The notes beneath the pieces were generated by a model. That model was not told where the DNA came from, searched no databases, and was given only the letters and a program-made list of their open reading frames with translations. Source: Heterodontus francisci (Eukaryota). Taken from it: a stretch of 64,000 nt of DNA. Numbering within the stretch: the first letter of the stretch is position 1; every line of letters starts with the position of its first letter. Shown piece after piece: positions 12,716 through 26,946 of this stretch. The translations under genes and the position numbers were made by a program. The stretch is from the NCBI RefSeq assembly GCF_036365525.1, contig NC_090400.1, positions 47,327,138 to 47,391,137 of the forward strand, read 5' to 3'.

Positions 12716-14164
12716 AAGAGCAGTCACCTGATATTTGGCTGGACTCCTATTCTGCGTTACAGTGCACTGAAGCACTGCCTCAGTTCGCTGGCAGGAGACA
12801 GTTGCTGTTACTTAATTTTCCTTGGCTTTCAAGGAAGATGCATTAATTAAAAATAAGCTGCCATCAGTGAGTAGGAGGTGCCAGGTATCTATTCAACATG
12901 ACCCATACCTCAGAAAAGCACTGTGGGACATTTTCCTATGCTAAAGGTGCTATGTAAATGCAAATTGTGGTTGTAAAACACTTCTGTAATAACAATGGCT
13001 GACTTTGAACTTCCAGAGCTCACCAAACTGGTTCAGGTGGGCGGCAGCTCCTGACTCTCAATGATCCTGTTAAGAGTCGAAACTTCACTCTGTGGCTAAG
13101 CTTTTTCTAATTTTCAATTAGTGATTTTATGTATCACTTTCTTAACTTGATTTGCCTACAGCAGACACCTCTGACTGAAAAGGTGGGATGGTCTATTGGC
13201 TGCTGAATTCAGGCATAGAGGGTTAAAACAGCCTCCAGTTTATTTTCTTCATCTCCCCCACCCTTTTAAATGGAGGGAGGACTAGCTTCCCTATTGGAGT
13301 CTGCTGCTCTGACAGTTATTGCTTTTTTGAGTTGGGGGTGGAGGAAGAAAGGACCTAAATATCTTGTACTAAAAGTTAATCTGAATGCCTTTACTTGAAC
13401 TCATACAGCATAGTTTTTTTTTAAACCCTTCTAAAGGTGAATGACTCAAACTATGTGGCCTCTTCAGGGGAGGAACCAAACCCGATGGGTGGTGATGGTG
13501 TTGCAATGAGGGTTTAAAAAGAATTCCAGCTGAGAATATTTGTCTACAGCTAGGTGACAGTCCTACTAATATCTATGCAGCGTTGAGACAAAATGGAGCA
13601 GATACAGGTACAGTTTTATACTCTGCCTGTGCCCTGTGTGAGCAGTGAGTTGTATTTGCTGTTGGATGATATTAGTGATTGGAGAGAGTTGCTTCCACCC
13701 CCAACAGTTCTTCCTGTGGAGTGAGTGTTAGGACTTGTTTACAGTTCTGGCACTGATGTAAAACCAGATAGTGGCTGCTTGATTGCAGAAACTGTGCTTA
13801 GTTTTGGAAAGCACAAATGTTGAAATTGTCTTGTGTACATGTTCACCTTGCAGCGTTGGCCTCTCCTGAGCTAGGAATTGGCAAAGCGGGATTGAGGAGC
13901 CTGCCAGTTAGAAATTGGAGGTGGGGTGTGGATGGGCGGGGGAAATGCTCCGCAGGAAAGAAATGTTAATCCTGGGCAGAGAAATTCAAGTATCAAGCAT
14001 TTGTGAAGCCAAGAATAAATTTGGGCCACCTCGAGATATTTGGTCTGTGGTTCTAACTAGGAGTGGTTTTTGTGTAAACATTGAGCTCAATGCTCACTGA
14101 TTCTGTGTTTTACTAATTCTGGTGGATGATATTTAAATAGTATTCTGGTTTCTTTTTTTTTTAG

Positions 14165-15240
14165 CTATCTAATCGTAGCCTGAGAATCACTTGCTTCTCT
14201 TCCTGTTCCTGCACTGTTGCCTCTGGTGTCCCCCAAGGATCTATTCTTGGCCCCCTCCTATTTCTCATCTACATGCTGCCCCTTGGTGACTTTGTCCGAA
14301 AGCAGAGTTTGTTTTCACAAGTACACTGAAAACACCCAGCTCTACCTCTCTCCCACTGTTTAAATTATCAGCCTGCTTATCTGACATCCAGTGCTGGATG
14401 AGCAGAAATTTCCTCCAGTTAAATATTGGGAAGACTGAAGCTATCATTTTTGGTCCCTGCTCCAAACTGTTCCCTCGCTACTGACTGCATCCCTCTCTCT
14501 GGCAACAGTCTGAGATGAAGCCAGTCTGTTTGCATCCTTGGTGTCACACCTGACCCCGAGATGAAATTCTAACCTCACATTTGCACCACACATTTCATCA
14601 TAATTAAGACTGCCCATTTCCATCTCCATAACATCACCCAACTGCGTCCCTGTCTCGGCTCACTGCTGAAACACTCATTCATGCCTTTGTTACCTTTAGA
14701 CTTAACAGTTCGAATGCTCTCCTGGCTAGTCTCCCACATTCTACTCTCCATAAACTTGAGGTCATCTAAAACTCTCCTACCCATGTTTTAACTCGCACCA
14801 AGTTCTATTCCCCTGTCACCCCTGTGCTCGCTGAAATAAATTGGTTCCTGGTCAAGCAATGTCTTGATTTTAAAATTCTCATCCTTGTTTTCAAATCCTT
14901 CCATGGCCTCTCTCCCTTCCCTATGTCTGTAATCTCCTCCAGCCCCACAACCCCTCATATCTATACTCCTTTAATTCTGGCCTCTTCCGCACCCCAAGTT
15001 TAATCGCTCCACTGTTGGTGGGTGTGCCTTCAGTTGCTGAGACCCCAAGCTCTGGAATGCCGTCCCTACGCCCCTCCACCTCACTTTCCTCCTTTTTTAA
15101 GATGCTCCTTAAAACTTATCTCTTTGACCAAGCTTTTGGTCATCTGACCTTATATCTCCTTATAGAGCTTAGCGCCATTTTTTTGTAATGCACCTGTGAA
15201 ATGCCTTGGGATGTTTTTATTAAGTTAAGGGACTATATAA
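14165..15240 (+). mobile_element. L2-clade LINE, degraded 3' ~1.1 kb
   Basis: GGTGTCCCCCAAGGATCTATTCTTGGCCCC ([10 protein letters not shown]), WMSRNFLQLNIGKTEAII, and an L2-type 3' UTR. Confidence 0.85.
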
Positions 15241-16989
15241 ATTATACTTTACACAGGAAATTATTTGTTTTTGAGGCTGATGTGGTGTTTGCTTATTCAC
15301 AGGACAAATTCAAAGGCAGCTTCTATTTTCTGATAAATTTGCATCTAAAGAGATGGGATTCATTTGTTGTGTGGTTATTTAATCAAAATAGCACTCGGGG
15401 ATTGGCTGCATGACAGACAGTCTTTTGATTTTACTCCAGCTACTGAGAATTTACATGTTGGGCTTGAGGCTGGGAGTGTGTGTTTGTTTTAAAAAGGGCC
15501 ACATGCCAAGCTTATTTTGCAAATGGTTATAGGATATGTGCGTGTTGGTTCTGTCGTGGAGTTAGTCGATCTGGAACTGATTTCTTGTCTGCTTTTGATT
15601 CATGTTCTGTCTTGTTGTAACTGGGAAGTTCTTTATGTGCGATCTTAACGCTGCATTCTGACCAGCTCCTGGAGTGAGAATTGTGACGCATGTTGTCATG
15701 AGACTGACTAGCCTATTTCAGAAGGCAGAGTGCAGTGGAACTGGCAGAACTCTGAGGGACGTGGTGTTGGGTGTTGTCTGGTGGCTCACCTTGTGAGGGA
15801 GCCTGACAACCTGAATCTGATTCTGTCCTCACAAAACACCCATAGGCACGCGATCCTAAGAGGTGACTGGATAGTAGTTAGAATACATGGCTGATTTTTT
15901 TTGTTTCTCTCTCTTGGGGCTAGTTGAAGCAGGAGCTGAGATCAGGTAACTGGGGCTTGAATTCAGTTTATATGGTCTGCAATCATTATGGATTCATTTT
16001 ACCCAAGGAAAAATAATTCCTTCATTTTTGAAGTGTGTTCAGATCATGTTTGGCTTAACTTAGCAAACTGGCATTTTAAGTGACTAAACCTATTTATGAA
16101 AGTGCCCTGAATCCTAATTTCTTTTGTTGACAAATGCAATTTTTTTCTTCTTTCCTCATTCTGGCCTGAACTTCAGGACTATTATTTCATAAAAGCAAGA
16201 TGCGTCACTTTGGAGAATAAAAGGAATATTGGTCTTGCAGGCATGTAGTGAGCTGAAAGGGAGTGTTTGTCAATGGGGAGTCCAAAAAAAACCCACCGTG
16301 CCTTGATTTCTTGTACAAAAGCCAGAAGGTTTCAAAAGCACATTCCTTGTCATTAATCATTGAAATCAGTTCTTAAAATTGTTAGCCCTGCAAAAAGAGA
16401 TCTTTAAAAACAAAAACTGACTTTTTTTTTAGTTTGATTTTGGCCACGTAGTCTCACTGAACAGGTGGGACTCATTTTAAATTCCTGGTTGCTACTGAGG
16501 TGCTGATTTTTCAACCAGATTATTTGTATGGGTGCTAAAATTGACCTGCACAACTTGGGTTAGAAAATTGGGGATGGGAGTGGGTTTATGGCCCTTTTGT
16601 AGTGATCAGTGATTCATGCTGAAAATGTCTGTGGCCCAAAGGTGATGACGAAACCTGCGTACCCCTGGTTTAAAAAGCCAGCTAGCACTCTGTCCAAACT
16701 CATGCATGAAGTGTGGTCATTAAGTGAGGTACCAGAAAGCTGTTGGTAACTGTAGGATGGTTTCTTTCCCTTAACTCGCCTCCAGCAGCAGAATCTGTTT
16801 CCATCAGGAGAGGAAGAAAGAAAAACCTGGAAGGAGAAACATTATGTGCTTTTGAGATGTGTAAATGGAGGGGGAAAAGGGTTAGAGAAATTAACCTTGT
16901 GGCAACATCACACTTTTTTTGGTTGCGGTGGGGGGGGCGGTGGTGGATAAGATGTTGCTTTAATGACTTGAAATTAATGAGGTACCTAT

Positions 16990-19202
16990 TGTTACTACTG
17001 AGGTAAGAGAAATACACTGTTAATTCAGTCCCACTTCTCCACGAGTCACAGCATAGCAATAAATTTTCCCCAGTTACCAAAACAGCCAATTAGATACACT
17101 CTTTGTCCCCAGAATAAAGCACACCAACCAGGTTTCTTAAATTGTTAATTTTGTTGTTGATTAATTATAAAACCAAGTCTTAACGAATAATGAAGTAAAT
17201 CTATATGCAAATTAAGATATTAAATCTCCTTATTTCCCTAGCCCTCATGCGCGCACACATGCACATACGTCCAAAAAGAAAAGGTTAACCAGGAGAAAAG
17301 GATTTTGGTTTAGTTATTTCATAGAAATGAAAGGAATAATAAAATAACTTGGTCTGTTATGATCTGGGAGAAAAGTTTTCAGTTTGGCGAGGTGCCCCAA
17401 AGTCAAATAGTCAGATGCCACTTGAAGTCTTTCTAGATGAGGTTGATGAAGAGTCTGTGATAGGAAGGCATTCAAGGAAATTCAAATGCAGCAGGCTTCA
17501 CATAAGTCTTTCATCAGGGGTGTAGCAACAGGCCATTTTGGGTCTTACAGCAGCAGTATAGCAGTAGAAGGTTTCTTAAAACACAGGAGGCAACAGGAAT
17601 CACACTTGAAGCAGGGATTCTTCAGAGACAGGAGGCAATAGGAATCTGCCACATTTTGAAATACTGGGTTTCTTCTCGAGATGCAGGTTTCTTTTACAGA
17701 GAGGTAATACTTTTCTGGTTGTTCTTCTAATCTCCAGGCAGGTCAGAATCAAATTTCAGAATGCCTGATTTTTGTCCAAACTCACCGGCTTTTTAAAGTT
17801 CCAAACTGAAACCACAACCTTCCTGAAACAGGTCATGTGTCCAGTCATAAAGTCTGTCTTGTCACTCGAAGTAGCTGAGAGGTCAAACCCCTTAGCTGGT
17901 TTCCTTGAAATTACCTGCTTTGCTGTCCTTTTTACAGGTTCAGCTCCTGTTGACTTTCAAAACATCCATCAAGTTCAGCTTTTGTAGGTGTCTCAATGTC
18001 CACTGAAAAATCCTTTTTCAGTTTATAAAAACACAATCTTAAGGATTTTGTTTTTAATTAAAACTTTTTTATTTCCAAAATATACTTTATTCATAAACTG
18101 TAAAAAATACATTACAAGACAGTTCCAAAAAGCCCAAAGTCAAATAATACAAAGAGTACAAAGGAGGTCAGTTTCCTTCAATACAGGAGTGAGTTGCCTC
18201 ACAACCCTTCCATATCATTTTACATGCTATGTACATTTTACAGCAAACAAATATTTTCTGGATATAGTTGAGGGGTTTCCCATGGATCCAGCTCCTCTGT
18301 TCACCTTGGTGGGGGGACCTTACACAATAGTCTTTCCCCATTGAGCCTTTGCCGCAGCTGCCCCAAGCTTTAGTGCGTCCCTCAGCACGTAGTCCTGGAC
18401 CTTGGAATGTGCCAGTCTGCAACATTCGGCGGTGGACAACTCTTTGCGCTGGAAGACCAGCAAGTTTCGGGGCAGACCAAAGGGCGTCTTTCACCGAATT
18501 GATAGTCCTCCAGCAGCAGTTGATGTTTGTCTCAGTGTGCGTCCCTGGGAACAGTCCGTAGAGCACAGACTCCTGTGTTACAGAGCTGCTTGGGATGAAC
18601 CTCAACAAAAACCACTGCATCTCTTTCCACACTGCTTTGCAAAGCCACATTCCAGAAAGAGGTAGGCAACCGTCTCTTCCCCACCACAGCCACCTTGAGG
18701 GCATTGTGCAGAGGGTGAGACACTCCAGATGTGCAGGAAGGATCTGACAGAGAGGGCTCTTCTCACCGCCAGCCAAGGTACATCTTGGTGCTTGTTTGAA
18801 AGTTCTGGTGATGAGGCATTCCGCCAAATGACTTTGGCAGTCTGCTCCGGGAACCATCCAACCAGACCCACCGTCTCCTTTTCCCGTAGGGCCTTGAGGA
18901 CATTCCGTGCAGACCACTGCCTGATGAATGGGTGGTCAAAGGTGTTTTTCCATAGAAACTTTTCCACGAAGGATAGGTGGTACGGCACGGTCCAGCTGGA
19001 AGGCGTGTTCAGTGGCAGTGACCAGACCCAGCCTTTGCAACACCGGGGACAGATAGAACCTCAGCATGTAGTGACACTTGGAGTTTGCGTACTGGGGCTC
19101 TACGCACAGCTTGGTGCAGCCGCACGCGAAGGTGGTCATCAGGATGAGGGTGACGTTGGGTACATTTTTCCCACCCTTATCAAGGGGTTTGAACTTGTAA
19201 CA
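16990..19202. mobile_element. Solo LTR (~1.07 kb net) with a nested Tx1-like LINE
   Basis: Starts TGTTAC (16990), ends GTAACA (19202), and has an exact 5-bp TSD CCTAT at 16985-16989 and 19203-19207. Confidence 0.75.
18048..19182 (-). mobile_element. Tx1/L1-clade LINE 3' fragment (zf-RVT region)
   Basis: Minus-strand ORFs give WLAVRRALSVRSFL...CPQGGCGGEETVAYLFLEC (C-x-C..ET..H-type knuckle). AATAAA and A-rich tail at about 18050-18090. Confidence 0.85.
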
Positions 19203-19949
19203 CCTATCATGTCTTCCAAGGTCAAAGGCTTTAAATGGTTCAAAGCAGAGCAGTTCAGCTTTTGCATGTCTGGCAGCTTTTCCTGTTTCCCTCCCCCCAA
19301 GCTACAGCTGCCAATATTTGCTAATCCCCTGCCTCCCCCACACCTCCTGAGATGTTGGCTCATTCCACAGTACAGTTACGTGATGGCTCTTATCTGAGTA
19401 GCGCATATTAAACATTTGAGTCATCTGAGGGGTGGGGTTTCAGTGTCCCTGCCGAATCTGATCAGTCCTCACCCAACATCCCCACATGTGGATTTCCAGC
19501 AAAGGGTGGTGGGAGGTCACTGAACAACAATCAGGGTTGGAAATCTTGACTGTTCCTCCCCACCCTAAACTTGGCACTGAGGCCATTTGTAACCCTTGCC
19601 ACCGCCCAGGTAAAGGTCAGCTAACTCAGTACAGTATTAAATCTGGGAGCGTCCTGGTTTATATACCTAAGCTACTCTGTAAAATCACTGAGCTATTGAG
19701 GATTGACTTTTTCCTCACTTAAATCCTCCTTTATCCAGTCTGTTTTTTTGTTTATGGAGAATGGTTTCATTTTCAAAGGATTGGTGTAAACCCAGTCACC
19801 AAACCCAGATACTTCTCTCCACTTTGTCATCAGGTCGGCTTGATTGGATAAAGTTGACATTCTCAATATTAATGACTAAACTATTGGTAAATTTAAGGCA
19901 TTTCTTTTTAATGCTATTTTTTCTCTCCATTTGAGGTCCTATGGTTTTA

Positions 19950-21052
19950 AGTGTTATTATTGCAGAAAATACGGAAGTATGGGGTTGAAGGTGATTTAGA
20001 GCTTTGGATCAGAAATTGGCTAGCTGAAAGAAGACAGAGGGTGGTGGTTGATGGCAAATGTTCATCCTGGAGTTTAGTTACTAGTGGTGTACCGCAAGGA
20101 TCTGTTTTGGGGCCACTGCTGTTTGTCATTTTTATAAATGACCTGGAAGAGGGTGTAGAAGGGTGGGTTAGTAAATTTGCAGATGACACTAAGGTTGGTG
20201 GAGTTGTGGATAGTGCTGAAGAATGTTGTAGGGTACAGAGGGACATAGATAGGCTGCAGAGCTGGGCTGAGAGATGGCAAATGGAGTTTAATGCGGAAAA
20301 GTGTGAGGTGATTCACTTTGGAAGGAGTAACAGGAATGCAGAGTATTGGGCTAATGGGAAGATTCTTGGTAGTGTAGATGAACAGAGAGATCTTGGTGTC
20401 CAGGTGCATAAATCCCTGAAAGTTGCCACCCAGGTTAATAGGGCTATTAAGAAGGCATATGGTGTGTTTGCTTTTATTAGTAGGGGGATCGAGTTTCGGA
20501 GCCACGAGGTCATGCTGCAGCTGTACAAAACTCTGGTGAGACCGCACCTGGAGTATTGCGTGCAGTTCTGGTTACCGCATTATAGGAAGGATGTGGAAGC
20601 TATGGAAAGGGTGCAGAGGAGATTTACCAGGATGTTGCCTGGTATGGAGGGAAGGTCTTACGAGGAAAGGCTGAGGGACTTGAGGTTGTTTTCGTTAGAG
20701 AGAAGGAGGAGGAGAGGTGACTTAATAGAGACATATAAGATAATCAGAGGGTTAGATAGGGTGGATAGTGAGAGTCTTTTTCCTTGGATGGTGATGGCAA
20801 ACACGAGGGGACATAGCTTTAAGTTGAGGGGTGATAGATATAGGACAGATGTCAGAGGTAGTTTCTTTACTCCGAGTAGTAAGGGCGTGGAACGCCCTGC
20901 CTGCAGCAGTAGTAGACTCGCCAACTTTAAGGGCATTTAAGTGGTCATTGGATAGACATATGGATGAAAATGGAATAGTGTCGGTCAGATTGTTTCACAG
21001 GTCGGCGCAACATCGAGGGCCGAAGGGCCTGTACTGCGCTGGAATATTCTTT
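19950..21052 (+). mobile_element. CR1/HER1-like LINE, young 5'-truncated copy
   Basis: 329-aa open RT (SGVPQGSVLGPLLFVIFINDL...KFADDTK). The 3' tail GGCCGAAGGGCCTGTA is shared with the HE1 SINE tail. Confidence 0.95.
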
Positions 21053-23039
21053 TAAAAAAAAAAGTGGGTGATTGTAAAGTGTAAACCGAAGAAAACATCA
21101 CGATCCATCCTTTGGGGCGGGCCCAGCACAGGGAGTTAGCACAAGAGGCCACACATACACATGGGGCCTCTGACGCCTGAGAATCTGCTCAGTCTTTGGT
21201 TCTGACAAGGATGATTTGTTGATGCAATGAAACTATGGTAACCAGCTTTGAGTGCATTTTTGTTTTGCAATATTTATAAAACTATGTCAAAAGTGTAAAG
21301 CAGCTGACACCTTTCAGGGGGAAGCCAAGGGAAATTGGAGTCTGGTCACATTATGTACATCTGTTAAGCATTCACCTTAACATGCCAAGTTATCCTAAAT
21401 TTGGGGAATTCTGTCTTGATGTTTATGGAGTAAAACCTGGATAATATTCCATCTAATCCAGATAAAGAATTCCACAAAGTGGTGGGAGAGAGGATGACTA
21501 GCTAATAGAGGAAATTCACCAAGTAATAACTCACTTTTACAGAAGAATGTGTATATATTTTGGCTCTAATTTTCTCAGTTTTATTCTTTTTAGTATTTAA
21601 AGTTAGAATTGGTGTAAAACCTATTTTTCAAATAACGGTGAAGTGGTGGTTATTCTGTCTTGTCAGTAACAAGCAGCAGTTAACAAAATCACCCGACAAA
21701 GGAAATATGAACGGGGATCTCTTGACCACTGGTTTCCTTGTGCTATAGTGTATATGTATCACTACAATGGAGTGAGAAAGTTCCTACCAATGTCTTTTTG
21801 TTTTTGTGTTTTATCACTTATCAAAAATAAATACCAGCAACAAAATGTTACTTTGGGGCTTTGTCTGCTAACCACCCCAAAAAAAAACTTAAACATGTTA
21901 TTGGTCTGGGATTCTGTTTCTTGGGAAGATGTGTGTTTATCAGGATGTAACTGTGCTGGTGAGACTAGTTGTGGGTCTGGAATGCAATTGCAGTAATTGA
22001 GAGGAATGAGGTATATGTTCAGGCCTGTGTCACTCGTGCATTCTTGGAGAGCAAAGTGTTTTCCGTAGTTTCTCAGGAATACTGACTGCCATCTGCTCAG
22101 GAATTCTTTTCTTGGATCTTCCAAAGTTGCCGTTTAGGAAATGTACAGTTAATATAATGTAGGATCTGTAATTTGGTTTAAACTTATCTTTTTTTTTTAA
22201 ATTCACCTTTTGAGAGAGGGACCTACTTCCACACGTATCAAATCCAGGCCAACATTCCTCCTTCAGCCAATACTACCAAAACCAGATTAACAGGCTGTTA
22301 ATCTCTACTGTTTCTGGGATACCCCTGGTACTGAACGACTGCCTAAATAATCACTGTACTTCCAAAAAAGATTATTCATTACTTTGAGTAGTTTGAGACC
22401 TTTGGATAAGGCACTATGTAAGGACAAGTTTTCGAAAACTTGTCTGAGAGGTTACTTGAATGTTTGGGGAAATGCAAAGTGCTTTCTCATGCTCTCTCGT
22501 TCGAACCTACTGAGCCTCCACATTTTCCAACTGATACTATTCTTGGAGGGAGTGAGTGATTTATTAAGATATTTATGGAATAAACCATATAATTATGAAA
22601 TGATTCTGCATCCAGATGGTATAGTGCACAGGCACTTAATGTATTGTGCCATGGAGCCATACAATATGGGAGCATCCTCCAGGTTCTCATCAAGACAATT
22701 ACCAGAAGAGGACTTTGGTGAAGACCAGGCCTAGCTATTTCTCCCACGGAGAAGGAAAGACAGAGGATGAGTCACCCTCGGCAGCTCATGGGGCAATTAC
22801 TTTCAGGAAGACCTCATTTAGGAACAAGCCAAGGTTTTTAAAATAAAGAGAAAATAAGTTTTAAAACCAAGCATTCTGCAGAGATACAGGCTGTAGTCAT
22901 CATGGGGAAAGTTGAACCTGTGTGTACATAAAATGGCCTTGAGCTGATTGTGTCACTGAAGGCCTATCAAAAATTTATACGCAAAACTATGTGGATAAAG
23001 GAGCAATGTCCCACAATTTTTTTGACACCTTTGATCTTT

Positions 23040-25110
23040 AATGTAGAATTAATAACGGAAAATAAGGAGATGGTAGATGAATTGAACAGATATTTTGCAT
23101 CGGTCTTCACTATTGAGGATACAAGTAACATCCCAGTATTAGCTGTAAGTCAGGAAATGCAAGGGAGGGTGGAACTCAAGAAAATTACAATCACCAGGGA
23201 AGTGGTACTGAACAAATTGTTGGAGCTGCGGGCTGACAAGTCCCCGGGTCCTGATGGACTTCATCCTAGGGTCTTAAAAGAAGTGGCTAGTGAAATAGTT
23301 GATGCGTTAGTTTTAATTTTCCAAAATTCCCTAGATTCGGGGAAGGTTCCATTAGATCGGAAAATAGCCAAATTTACTCAAAAAGGGAGGGAGACAGAAA
23401 GCAGGAAACTACAGGCCAGTTAGCATAACATCTGTCTTAGGGAAAATGTTAAAAGCTATTATTAAAGACGTTTATAGCAGGGCATTTAGAAAAATTCAAG
23501 GTAATTGGGCAGAGTCAACGTGGTTTTGTGGAAGGGAAATCATGTTTTAACCAATTTATTGGAGTTCTTTGAGGGAGTTTCATGTGCTGTGGATAAAGGG
23601 GAACCGGTGGATATATTGTACTATGTATTTCCAGAAGGCATTTGATAAGGTGCCACATCAGAGGTTATTGCAGAAAATAAAATCGCATGGTGCAGGGGTT
23701 AACATATTGGTATGGATAGAAGATTGGCTAGCTAACAGGAAAGAGTAGGCATAAATGGGTCATTTTCTGGTTGGCAAAATGTAACAAGTGGTGTGCCATG
23801 GATCTGTGCTGGGGCCTCAACTTTTTACAATTTACATAAATGACTTGGATGAAGGGAATGGTTGCTAAATTTGCTGATGACCCAAAGGTAGGTAGGAAAG
23901 TTACTTGTGAAGAAGACATAAGGGGGCGATAAAGGGATATGGATAGGTTGAATGAGTGGGCAAAGACCTGACACATGGAGTATAATGTGGGGAAGTGTGA
24001 AATTGTCCACTTTGGCAGAAAGAATAAAAAAAAGCGTATTATCTAAATGGTGAGAGGATGCAGAGGGATCTAGGTGTCCTAGTGTTTGAATCACAAAAGG
24101 TTAGTATGCAGGTACAGCGCATAATTAGGACAGCTAATAGAATGTTATTGCTTATCGTGAGGGGAACTGAATACAAAAGTAGGGTGATTATGCTTCAGTT
24201 ATACAGGGCACTGGAGACCACATCTGGAGTACTGTGTACAGTATTGGTCTCCTTATTTAAGGAAGGATATAAATTAAAGGCCAACTCAGGTCTGCAAATA
24301 AAACCTGACCCGAGCCCGACAGAACCACATCCAACCCCGAGCCTGAGCTGGCCTGAGTCCTTCCATTTTTTCCCGCGCCCGACTCGACCATCAGTTAATC
24401 TACCTTCCGTTTTTCACTTTGCTGATCTGCACAAGCTTAAAATAACTAATGAAACCACCTTTCTAGTCCAAAAATTACATTAACATTGGAGCCACTTACC
24501 TGAGGTTGTGACAGACTGTGCCTGAGCCCGAATGCCGGAGCTGTAAGTGCAACCTGACCCGGACCCGACACGTCGGGTCCTTTCAGGTCGGTTAGCCAGA
24601 CTTTAATGTAAATGCGTTGGGGGCAGTACAGAGAAGGTTTACTAGACTAATACCTGGAATGGGCGGGCTTTCTTATGAGGAAAGGTTGGACAGGCTAGGC
24701 TTGTATCTGCTGGAATTTAGAAGAGTAAGAGGTGACTTGATGAAATGTATAAGATCCTGTGGGGTCTTGATGGGGTGGATGTGGAAGGGATGTTTCCCCT
24801 TGGAAGAATCTAGAACTAGGGGTGACTGTTTAAAAATAAAGGGTTGCCCATTTAAGACCCAGATGAGAAATATTTTCTCCTGAGGGTCATGAGTCTTTGG
24901 AATTCTCTTCCTCCAAAGGTGGTGGAAGCAGCGTCTTTGAACATTTTTAAGGCAGCGGTAGATAGATTCTTGATAAGCAAGGAGATGGAAGGTTATGGGG
25001 GGTAGGTGGAAATGTGGAGTAATCAGTTCAACCATGAACTTATTCAATGGCGGAGCAGGCTCGAAGGGCCAACTGGCCGCCTACTACTCCTAATTCGTAT
25101 GTTCGTATGT
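23040..25110 (+). mobile_element. CR1-clade LINE, frameshifted, interrupted by a MITE at 24275-24605
   Basis: KSPGPDGLHPRVLKE, FQKAFDKVPH and KFADD motifs; (TTCGTATG)n tail at about 25094-25110. Confidence 0.92.
24275..24605. mobile_element. hAT-type MITE with (ACCCG)-rich subterminal repeats
   Basis: TAAAGGCC...GACTTTA termini and an 8-bp TSD ATATAAAT/ATGTAAAT. Same family as 53726-54164, opposite orientation. Confidence 0.78.
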
Positions 25111-25459
25111 AAAGCCAGCAGCTCTCCCTGTCTCTACCCTCTTCCCACCCCCATTCACAACATTGGTTGCAAGAATATGGACTCCAGTACCCAATGCAAA
25201 TTCCATTCCAACTATATATCACTCTGAAGAACTTTCAGACATCAGACCTTTTTATAAAAAAAACAAAAATTCCTTTTACTGATTTGAATGTTTACTCCAT
25301 CGACGCCCCTCTTCCACCCCAACCCCCCCATCCCCAAACCCCTTTTCTTACTATTTAGGTTTACCTTGAAGTAGTGCTCTCACTTTACCTCTTTTCTCTC
25401 TAGTCTCTCCTATAAATGGGAGGTTTCCACTCTGCTACTTATTTCATGATTGAAGAGCC

Positions 25460-26946
25460 TGTTTTAAACTGTTTGGAAATGTAATTTTTACAGATTTTTA
25501 TGAATAAAGTATATTTTGGAAATTAAAAAAAAAAGCCCAACGCAGGTGTGGAAAGAGATGCAGTGGTTTTTGTTGAGGTTCATCCCAAGCAGCTCCGTAA
25601 CACAGGAGTCTGTGCTCTATGGGCTGTTCCCAGGGACGCACACTGAGACAAACATCAACTGCTGCTGTAGGACTATCAATTCAGTGAAAGACGCCCTTTG
25701 GTCTGCCCGAAACTTGCTGGTCTTCCAGCGCAAAGAGTTGTCCACCACCGAATGTTGCAGACTGGCACATTCCAAGGTCCAGGACTACGTGCTGAGGGAC
25801 GCACTAAAGCTTGGGCAGCTGTGGCAAAGGCTCAATGGGGAAAGACTATTGTGTAAGGTCCCCCCACCAAGGTGAACTGAGGGGCTGGATCCATGGGAAA
25901 CCCCTCGAACTATATCCAGAAAATATTTGTTTGCTGTAAAATGTACATAGCATGTAAAATGAAATGGAAGGGTTGTGAGGCAATTCACTCCTGTATTGAA
26001 GGAAACTGATCTCCTTTGCACTGTTTGTATTTTTTGACTTTGTGCTGTTTGGAACTGTTTTGTAATGTATTTAGTTTTTACAGACTTTTATGAATAAAGT
26101 ATATTTTGGAAATTTAAAAAAAAAATTGAAGAGCCCAAAGCAGATTGCTCCCCAAGCAGACTGTCAAACTCATTTCTGGCAATGAGGCATTCTGTCAACT
26201 GTCAAACAAGCACCAAGATGTAGCATGGCTGGCAGTGAGAAGGACACTCCCTACCAGATCCTTCCTGTACGCCTGCAGTCTCACCGCCTCTGCATGCTGT
26301 CCTCAAGGCAGCTGCAGTGGGGAGGAGATTGTTGTCCACCTCCTTCTGAAATGTGCCTTTGCAAAGCAGATCTGGAAAGAGATGCAGTGGTTTTTGTTGA
26401 GATTCATCCCGAGCAGCTCCGTAACACAGGAGTCTGTGCTTTACAGGCTGCTCCCAGGCACGCACACCAAGTTAAACATCAACTGCTGCTGGAGGACCAT
26501 CAACTCGGTGAAAGACGCACTTTGGTCTGCCTGAAATTTGCTGGTCTTCCAGTGCAGAGAGTTATCCACGACCGAGTGTTGCAGACTGACACATTCCAAG
26601 GTCCAGGACTACGTGCTGAGGGACGCACTAAAGCTTGGGACAGCCGCCGCAAAGGCTCAAACGGGGAAAGGCCACTGTGTAAGGTCCTCCCACCAAAGTG
26701 AACTGAGGAGCTGGAAACTGTGTAAAACCCATTGGGCTGTATACACCAGAGAATGTTTTTGATATGTAATGCAAATGTACGTTCCATATAAAATGGAATG
26801 GCAAGAATTGTGAAGCACCTCATGTTCTGTATCGAAAGAAACTGATCTTTATTGCACTCTCTGAAATCTCCAATTTGGATTGTCTGTGATGTATTTTTTT
26901 TACAAATTTTTATGAATAAAAAAATTATTTTTATAAATAAAAAAAA
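25460..26946 (+). mobile_element. Three tandem 5'-truncated Tx1/L1-clade LINE 3' ends (25460-25533, 25541-26125, 26140-26946)
   Basis: Each ends in TTTTATGAATAAA and an A-tail. The two longer ones encode WKEMQWFLLRFIP...KDALWSA...DALKLG, as does the copy at 18048-19182. Confidence 0.88.

Noticed and set aside
18168-19397. Long overlapping ORFs (249, 222 and 128 aa)
   Set aside because: Frameshifted or antisense frames of a Tx1-like LINE remnant, not host genes.
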